Of a stretch of 20,000 nucleotides of DNA, positions 11,513 through 20,000 are shown in pieces. The notes under the pieces were generated by a model, which did no database searches, was not told the origin of the DNA, and saw only the letters and a list, made by a program, of their open reading frames with translations. Source of the DNA: Trichoplax sp. H2 (taxonomy: Eukaryota); NCBI GenBank assembly GCA_003344405.1, contig NOWV01000147.1, positions 170,951 through 190,950 of the forward strand. Reading direction: 5' to 3'. Each line of letters opens with the position of its first letter. The stretch's first letter is position 1. The position numbers and the translations under genes were made by a program.

Positions 11513-12875
11513 TTATTGACAGTGGATCCATTTCTGAATAAAATAAGTATAGCGTTGATTCAAGAATCCGTGCTTTAAAGGGATTGGCTTACTGCAACAA
11601 TGTGGTTGCAGACTCCACTTGCAATACGTTGAAATGGTTGTACAGTATACGAGTCGATCATGGGATGCTAGTCCTTCAAGCAGTTGTGTTGCCGACGGAC
11701 TGTGTGACTCAGGGTTATTTGATTTTCTCTTACTGGTTTCAATCGTGGAGAGTAATGCACTTGTTGACACTGCTTCATCAATATCAGATATATCTTCTTG
11801 AGCAATGTTAAGCATGCGATTCAGATCCGTCAAGGCTAAAATAGAGACGCTACAGTAGTAAGTGCAAGTCCCTGAGATATCCTATAGATCAGAGATTTGA
11901 ACTACCACTACCGTTGGTCTATGTTTTTGAAGCATGCGATTGAGATCAGTCAAAGCTAAAATAGAGATGCTACAGTAGTAAGTGCAAGTCCCTGAGGTGT
12001 CCTATAGATCAGATCATCAGAGACTTGAACTACAACTACCGATGGTCTATGTTTTTAAAGCATGCGATTGAGATCAGTCCAGGCTAAAATAGAGACGCTA
12101 CAGTAGTAAGTGCAAGTCCCTGAGGTATCTTATAGATCAGATCATCAGAGACTTGAACTACAACTACCGTTGGTCTATGTTTTTAAAGCATGCGGTTGAG
12201 ATCAGTCTAGGCTAAAATAGAGACGCTACAGTAGTAAGTGCAAGTCCCTGAGATATCCTATAGATCAGAGACTTGGAACTACCACTACCGTTGGTCTATG
12301 TTTTTAAAGCATGCCGTTGAGATCTGTCAAGGCTAAAATAGAGACGCTAGAGTAGTAAGTGCAAATCCCAGAGGTATCCTATACTGTATAGATCAGATCA
12401 TCAGAGACTTGAACTACAACTACCGTTGGTCTATGTTTTTGAAGCATGCGGTTGAGATCGGTCAAGCCTAAAATAGAGACGCTACAGTAGTAAGTGCAAG
12501 TCCCTGAGATATCCTATAGATCAAGGGACTTGAACTACAACTACCGTTGGTCTACAGTATGTTTTTAAAGCATGCGGTTGAGATCAGTCAAGCCTAAAAT
12601 AGAGATACTACCGTAGTAATGACGAATGATCATAAGACAAGCACAAGCAGAAATGGGCGAGTGTGTTCGTTTTTTACATGGCGACTAGGAGCATTAGCAT
12701 GCTGGCTATCCGACCATGATTTACTTCTCAAAGAGACATATTGACTCCCCATTTGTATTCTCCACTGCCAAAGAGGGAGAGACATGGCGTTGTCTCCTCG
12801 TGTGTACTCGTTGGTGTATATCCATGTAAGGACTTTTCTAATGTTATGATTTGGCAACAATTTCGCTCTCTCCAT
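11513..12875 (-). CDS. Hypothetical spliced orphan ORF (~157 aa) spanning the tandem array; may instead be non-coding
   Basis: ORF 12875-12725 ends at a phase-1 GTAAAT donor (12724). An acceptor TCTCTATTTTAG ends at 11836 and opens phase-1 into the 11835-11513 ORF (LTDLNRMLNIAQEDISDIDEAV...). No recognisable homology. Confidence 0.2.
11810..12619. repeat. Tandem array, ~6.4 copies of a 120-135 bp unit
   Basis: Units start at AAGCATGC at 11810, 11930, 12058, 12186, 12307, 12442 and 12568 (partial). The shared core is CTAAAATAGAGACGCTACAGTAGTAAGTGCAAGTCCCTGAG...CTACCGTTGGTCTATGTTTTT. Length variants come from short indels (ATCATCAG, CTGTATA, CAGTA). Confidence 0.97.
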
Positions 12876-12879
12876 GCGA

Positions 12880-13200
12880 ATGCCAAATTGTTGAAGATTG
12901 TCTAGACCGGTCAGAGGTTCCGTTCCAACCGCATACCAACCGATTCAAGTCACGTTCTCCGCTTCGAGGGTCCTTGCGTCTGTCCGGTTCAGGTTCAAGT
13001 TCAGAATTAGGGATCCGCCAACGGTCGGTCCAGCTTACAGTACTCTCCACGGCGAGTGTACAGTACACAGCTGTGTACTGTACTGTACACTGTACCGTTA
13101 CAGTGTTTACTACAGTACCGTATCGGACCGCGCCGTACCGGACCGGATAACCGTTTCTCATTCAGTATTGTCATTTGAAAATACTTAACTTGCAGCTTTG
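12880..13200. promoter_or_regulatory. Putative promoter region of the RNase III-like/ankyrin gene (possibly bidirectional)
   Basis: CpG-rich patch upstream of a probable 5'UTR intron (donor AG|GTAAAT at 13450, acceptor TATGCAG ending 13562) and the ATG at 13645. Contains a palindrome and dense TACWGTA motifs. Confidence 0.4.
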
Positions 13201-13644
13201 GTTGACAATTTAAAACAGTTTGGAAAATTACACGAGGGAAAGAAAGTTGCAGAACTTTCATCTGTATGCGTAATTTGCTTTAACTAAGCCTAAAAGAGCC
13301 CAAGTGATAGTATTGAGCGTACAACATCAAGATTGCCTTTTCCCCGTAGCAAGCAGTGCATCTACGCCATCATTACTGTACTGGATAGCAGCAGCAGCAG
13401 TGTTGGAAGAAAGAAAATAAAAATTCCAATTTACCTCGCTTGCAATAAGGTAAATTAGCTCGCAGTAGCATTGCAATAATGTCATGTTGAGTCCTCATGC
13501 ACGATTATCGGTATTACGGCCTACATGGATAGTTAATCATGACCCTTGTTATTTGTATGCAGACAGGCAGAGGAGAAAAAATAATCCACATTCAAGAAAA
13601 TTAATCAATGATAGTACATGTAGACAGCCGATATTGGTTGTAGT

Positions 13645-15711
13645 ATGGATTTGATACAACATGCCTTTGAAACACGACTTAGCACTTCTGCTACAACAGA
13701 CATCCAAAAGATACTCCAACTCGACAGTGGATCGGACTATCAGGACACGGAAAGTATGTTTGCATTGATTGGTGATAAATTGATGGAACTGGTATTATCT
13801 GCAATGGTATATGATTACGGATCCAAATTATCCTACTCTGATCAAAGTTCTATAGTCAATGCTTTGGCCAATGATCGAATCGTATTTCAACAACTATTCG
13901 ATGCGATCGGTTCAACAACAATCATCCACCAGTTCAATCCTAATTGGGATGGTCAAGGGCTTACCAATTCAATATTAAGCCGAAAGTTAAAGGCCTTTGT
14001 GGGTGTCTTAGTCATGCATGGCAGCTGGGATACTCTTGCACGTTGTATTAAAAAGCACTTGCTCAATTATGTTACCACACACATTGATGGTCGTGTTGAT
14101 AGCAGCAAATCCAGGAATGCATCAGCAAAAGAAAATGAAAGTAATTTTCATATCCACAAAAGATTCATACAAAATCCCATCACGCACCATTTCGATACTG
14201 AAGGAGGGAAACATAGCCAAGAATTGAAAGATCCTCTTGTAACGACGACGACGACGGATACCGCTGACGAAAGCCTACCATCATCCTTTGAAGCTGCACG
14301 CAAAATGCAACTTTTACAAAATGAAATGATGCAAAAATCTCAAGAGCGAGAATACCAATCACCTAAACGTGATAACTTGAGCAGTCCAGGTGAGCTTGAC
14401 TATGTATTAATCTGTCCATCGACATCAATAATCGCAACACATTTAGCCAAGGGTACAGTACATCGGTGACGTAGATTGTGTTCAGTAGATCTAGCCAAAG
14501 AGAAAGCATCTAACTAGGATATATGTATATTCATATTGATACTTCTAGGCAATGTATCTTTCAATAATCCACGTAGCGCAGTAACACCAAAAGAACAACG
14601 CGTATTTTCCGCTATTAGTGGATCAACTTGTACCCTGCTACAATTTAAACAGTACGTCGCCCACCTGCCAGACATCAATGCTAGGAATAGCGGTAAAGTA
14701 GGTGATACACCGTTAATGTTACTCCTTCGAAAGACTCACTTACGAAGTGACGACGAAATACCGAAAATTGAAGTCCTTTTAAGACTTGGTGCTTCTTGGA
14801 CTGCAACAAACAATCAGGGTGCATCTGCAAATATAATCGCTCGCAAACATGATAGTGCTGTCATCGATAGATTAAGGAAGATTCAACCTGTTGATATAGA
14901 TGAAAGAGTGCCATTAAGCGAACCGCTGGAAAATTACTCTGTATCACCAGAGATGCAAAAGGTATTTTCAGCAGTGAGTGGAGATACTTATTCGCTACCT
15001 CAGTTTGAAGAAGCTGTGAATAATGTACCAAACATTAACTGTAGAAATTCTGGTAAAAAAGGTGATACAGCACTCATGATGTTATTACGAAAAGACGTAC
15101 TAAAATTAGAAACAGATATTCCGAAAATTAAAATTTTACTAAGCTATGATGCTTCTTGGACAGCCACCAACAATAGAGGTGAGACTGCAATGCAGCTTGC
15201 TACAAAGCATCCATCAAACGTTCTAGATATGATTAAATTCCCGGCAAATTCAGCTAATTCCACATCAAGTAATCCAGAACAAGTAAGCACTCCAGTATCC
15301 GAAAGAGAACCAGGTCAATCGCGTGGTGTATCAAGTCAAAAATCTGAAACTCCAAATTATTCCACTAACGCAAGTATTAATTACAGTCCACCACTTAGGC
15401 ATGTTGGCCTTAGGGAACGGAAAGTAATCGATGCGATCAAGAATAGAAACTCCTCCATAGGCGAATTACGACGGGTAATATCTAGAGTTGAAAATTTGAA
15501 TTTTTGTGATAATAGCGAAGTTGGAGACCCTCCTTTGATGTTGCTTTTGCGTCAAAAAGATTTAAATCTGTCGACCGATGTATCAAAATTTGAACTTCTC
15601 AGAAATTTTGGTGCTTCATTGGATTACCGAAATAATCGTAACCAATCCGCTAGGGATTTGATTTCTTCACTTGATAAAAACTTTTTCCTTAAAATCCAAA
15701 AATTTTGTTAA
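13645..15711 (+). CDS. Uncharacterised protein, ~635 aa: degenerate RNase III-like domain plus three ankyrin-type modules
   Basis: Exon 13645-14389 (donor CAG|GTGAG) and exon 14549-15711 (acceptor TTCTAG) join in phase 1, giving 1908 nt. An in-frame TAG at 13621 fixes the ATG. N-terminal ESMFALIGDKLMELVLSAMVY and [14 protein letters not shown] align by eye to RNase III motifs. The C-terminal modules carry ankyrin-like GDTPLMLLL...LLRLGASWTATNNQG. Confidence 0.85.
14578..15672 (+). repeat. Three internal ~91-aa ankyrin-type protein modules
   Basis: Module 1 is 14578-14850, module 2 is 14938-15210 and module 3 is 15400-15672. They align without gaps, e.g. INARNSGKVGDTPLMLLLRK / INCRNSGKKGDTALMMLLRK / LNFCDNSEVGDPPLMLLLRQ and GASWTATNNQG / DASWTATNNRG / GASLDYRNNRN. 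Confidence 0.9.
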
Positions 15712-17164
15712 AAGTTTCTCACTGTTATCGTTTCTTCCAATTGTTAAAATAGTATAGAGTTGAGTGACCAAGTCATATCCAGAAATGATCTATATTTTTA
15801 TTCAGGAATGATTCGCTCAATATGTACTTAGACCAATCATGATTACTAGCGATTGTAACGTTTTGAACAGTTTAAATTGATCAGCAATATTGTACAGTGT
15901 GCACATCTTTGACCTTGCTTGAAACTGCCTCTAGTTCACATGGATTGGTTCCTTATTTACACTTGACCACACCAGTCTGAATTGCATGTAGGCTATGAAG
16001 AAAATATTTTATTGTAAAAGTTTTAATAGGAAGTTCCAAGGGCGTCGTTGGCACTTATTATTTATTCAATATCAATCGTTTGTTACATAAAAGCGATCAT
16101 GATGCTTGTATTTTGTTTTATCGCAATATACACAAAAATCGACTTAATTCTATTTATTCAGAAATAATATTATGTAACGGTTATGATATGCCAGCGTAGC
16201 CCTATTTATTCATGGACTTTACCAACGAATACAGTAATATCTATTTAAAGTTTTCGTACTCATATTAAATTGAACGTTCTAACGACAGTTTACTAAAAAC
16301 TTTAAAACTAGAATTGAAATGTTGTGACTGATAATGACCAGTCTTGTACAGTGGTGAAAAATAAATACCGATACAACACTATGATAAGAGAGGAATCTCA
16401 TATTCATCTTTGTTAAACTTCGCTTACAATCTTTATCATAACTTGCCTAGTAGTGTACGTGTAGCTACCGCAAACGAAAGAAATAGTAATAAGTTCAAGC
16501 TATATTCAATGTGTTACATATTGTGTATACAATTGTTTCGATTAGGTGAAAATTCAGTCTGAAAATGAAAACTTCTATATCTATCTTAAGATATTAAAAT
16601 TACATCATTAATGAAGTTAACAATTACGCAGTCTTGGATAACTCTTTCTACCCTGATTTAATTATTATTAAGGTTAGATTAGAAATGTTAATTTCGATAT
16701 GTATAACCGTGTAATAAAAAAATTTCGTTGTTCGCACACATTAGACTTTGTCGACTAATAGAGATATTATCTTTAAACGAAGGAAGATAGTTATTGCTTC
16801 GTTATACCAGATTAAAGGACATTGAACAACATTTATAATAATATTAAAGGCTTTCTTATGCAATGATATATTGCAAGCATAAGCTTTAAGAGGGCTAATC
16901 CAAATTAGCAATAATCTATTTGTCTAAAAACTATATTTAAAAGTATAAGAGTATAACATGTTCTTGAAACACCGCAGGTATCAAAAAACATTCTGTACTC
17001 GTACAGCTTTATTTTTATCCGTAATAACATCTAGAGCATCTATTATTTTCTTGGCTTTTTAATTGCGAGACCACGTCTCATAGACTTAAAAACTAGGACA
17101 AGACTTTCCAATTTCCAACCGTTTCATGAATTAATTCTTAACTACCACTCGTATTAATTATAAA

Positions 17165-17996
17165 GAGTTTAATAAAGTAAGAATCACCGACCATGAAAAA
17201 TATATCAATTTCGATTATTATATTAATTTCTTCAATATAGTAATTAGAGATTACCCATAAGTTAAATGTATTTTAGCTAATATTCAACAGATACTATTAA
17301 ATCATCGCCGTATATCATAATCGTATTTGTCATACAATGTTCAATACGTAAAACATCAGCAAATCCATGAAAAATATTTCAATTTCGATTGTTAGCATGT
17401 AAAAATTGCAGATTACCAGTTAAATTTAAGTATTATGACTAGTATTTAATAAGATACAGCTGTATTAAAATTATTACTGTATATCATAATCGTATTTGTC
17501 ACAAAAAGCTCAGTAGTAAGAATCAATGATTATGAAAAATATTTTGATTTCGATTATTCGATTATTCTTAATGAGTAGTAATTACAGGTTACCCATTCAG
17601 TTAAACATTATGGCGAGTATTCAACAAGATACTATTAAAAATTGAAATCGTTGCCGATATCATAATCGTATTTATCGCAAAAAAAGCTGAATAATTAAGA
17701 ATTAACGAACATGAAAAATATTTCAATTTCGATCGTTAATGTGTGGTAATAAGAGATGACTGGTTAAATTAAAATATTATGGCTAGTTATCAATAAGATC
17801 TATTAAAATTAAAATCGTTGCCAATATCATAATCGTATTTATCGCAAAAAAGCTGAATAATTATAAATCAATGACCGTGAAAAATATTTCAACCTCGATT
17901 GTTAAATGTGTAGTAATTAGAAATGGCTCGTTAAGTTAAGACATTAAAGTTAGTAATCAATAAGATACTAGTACAATCATTACAGTATATCATAAC
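17165..17996. repeat. Diverged AT-rich tandem array, ~5 copies of a 165-179 bp unit
   Basis: Anchor (C/T)ATGAAAAATATTTCAATTTCGAT-like at 17192, 17366, 17531, 17710 and 17876. A second anchor, ATATCATAATCGTATTT, occurs in each full unit. Confidence 0.9.
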
Positions 17997-20000
17997 TATC
18001 TTTATGGTTATTTCTTTCAGGTTATACTTACTGTACTATTTGAAATTTAATGAACAAATTACCGTTTATTTATAGAATCTACTATCTTACAGCAGCTACT
18101 TTGTTAATACCGATTAATTAATAATAGTAGGATTCACGCCAGCACAACGTTGAAATTTTATAGCAGACTTTTTCCCTATCTAAAAAATGGTAATAGTTTT
18201 AAGCTAGTGCCCATTAATCACTTCATTACAATAACATGAAGCTGGATAATGCAATCACAATACTACGATTTAGGATAAAATTCCATACAAAGATTTCTTG
18301 CTTAGTAATGAAACCATAACTATTCGAATAGCATTCTTCCATATGGATAGTTAACTCTGGAAAACTTTTAGACAGAATTATTTAAGGTAACACTGACTTG
18401 CAATTTAAATTCAATACTAAATAATAAACTAAAATAAAGTTTTAGATTTCTGGGAGGTTATCTAGACAGGCAATCTACTGCTATCAGCTATGTCTATATT
18501 CATCACATACCTATGATACAATAGATTTAATTATGAATAAAAATTCGCTATAATAACAAGAAATAAGCTACGGTACATCAAACAAATATTAAGAATATGA
18601 TAGTTGCTAACGATATCTCAGACTAGTGCCAAAGCACCGAGCCTAATAAGACCAAAGCTAGTAAATACTAAGCATAGATAAAGAGACTGGTAGAATAGGC
18701 AATTTTATATCGTAAAGACTCTCAAATATCGGTCATTTATTAAATGATGTTCACGTTATCAATAGATAATACTATATATCCAATACTATAGCACTTGATC
18801 AATTTATAAGGACTACTATGCCAATTGATGTAATATTTATAATACTTATGGATCAGATAGTAGAGATAATTAATAAAGAAGATATCCTACTAAGACATGT
18901 ATTCTATGATGAGTTAGTCAATTTGACGATAAAGATTAAAACTAAACAAATTTGCGCAATTTCGAATGATTGAATAGTGAAGATAGCCAAAGAAAATGAT
19001 CCGATTCAGACAGTCTCCTAAGAAGCGAGACGGAACCTTAGACGAACAGTTCTCTTCCTCTGGCAAACTACTAAGCTGGATGATATTGTACAGTATTCAA
19101 TGATACGTTCATAACTACATTACAGCAGCTGCTCTTCAAAATGCCTGCTACACATCAAAATTTCAATTGAATACACTTAGTTCGTCTTAAAATTTTAACC
19201 ATTTTGTATCCTATTGGTTATTGCTTCTATCCTTAATTGAATAAGTATAATATGAATAATGATACAGGTGTAATCGATTGCCTAGAATTTACCACCGGCT
19301 TGAAAAATAATAAAGCCAAGATATAGTTAATTCTGACGATAAAGCCAGATGATAAACAAAGGTGCAGACATTATATAAAATTAACTTTCATTTTTATTTT
19401 GATAATTGTCTGATTACAAATAATTAAATGAAGATACGCATAATAGTAATTTTAAGTAATTATATTCGATCAAATAAGGTTACCAGATTGTCACAACCCT
19501 CACTTGTGGCAAAGGAAAGTAAAGAACTCTAGTGTAGTTACTTAAAACTTTGGGCTATTTCTCCCAGTACTTTCAGTTTCTATGAGAGAAGTATTTGAGA
19601 ACTCGATTTCTCGGCTGATCTCCACAGACAACTGACTAATTATTACACTATTCTTCACGACATGAGTCTTGCCGTTTCTTGAGCAATTACTTTCTTTATT
19701 CTACAAACACACACGCTTAAATAGGTTTCTACAGTGAATTCCAATATTAACGAGTGAGAATTCATGCTTTACAAGTTACATTAATTAGTATAATACCATT
19801 ACTAAATATACATGTCGATATTCTCAGATTTAGATAGCTACAAGCTATCAGGTGTTAAGACGCTTAACCTTCGTCCATATACAGCTCAATTTTTAGAGAT
19901 TAACATACCTTATAAACCTACAGTAAATTAACTGCTAACAACTTCTATTTTTATCTCATTTCTACCATCCTATTATCAGCTACAAGCGCATTAAAACATA

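Noticed and set aside
11810-12619. Array as a CRISPR locus
   Set aside because: The whole unit is repeated with no unique spacers, there are no cas genes, and the context is eukaryotic.
12844-13261. Four overlapping ORFs on both strands
   Set aside because: By-product of GC-richer, palindromic TACWGTA-rich sequence (YCTV/TVQY-type translations); not credible proteins.
13645-14469. Calling the RNase III-like gene Dicer, Drosha or MRPL44
   Set aside because: It has a single degenerate RNase III-like domain, no dsRBD/PAZ/helicase, no evident targeting presequence, and an ankyrin-type C-terminus.
19489-19984. Possible solo LTR (TGTCACA end; minus-strand AATAAA at 19695-19700)
   Set aside because: No convincing opposite terminus or target-site duplication; it would need a repeat-library search.

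Overview
AT-rich eukaryotic genomic DNA with short spliceosomal introns. It looks like a compact early-branching animal genome, possibly placozoan (Trichoplax-like), but that assignment is inference. I can reconstruct three conserved genes from splice signals and family motifs: the 3' part of ELP5 (+, 59-1983), UBXN10 (-, 3378-4174) and the DEAD-box mRNA-export helicase DDX19/DBP5 (+, 7018-11053, with one GC-AG intron). A fourth, two-exon gene (+, 13645-15711, ~635 aa) has an architecture I do not recognise. It has an N-terminal RNase III-like domain in which 3 of 4 catalytic acidic residues are replaced (A/D/R/K for E/D/D/E), followed by three ~91-aa ankyrin-type modules. There are two tandem arrays (~120-135 bp units at 11810-12619; ~165-179 bp units at ~17165-17996). 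TACAGTA/TACTGTA heptamers, the classic Tc1/mariner excision footprint, are strongly over-represented. They cluster in promoter-like regions, and two can be seen directly as insertions in single repeat units.
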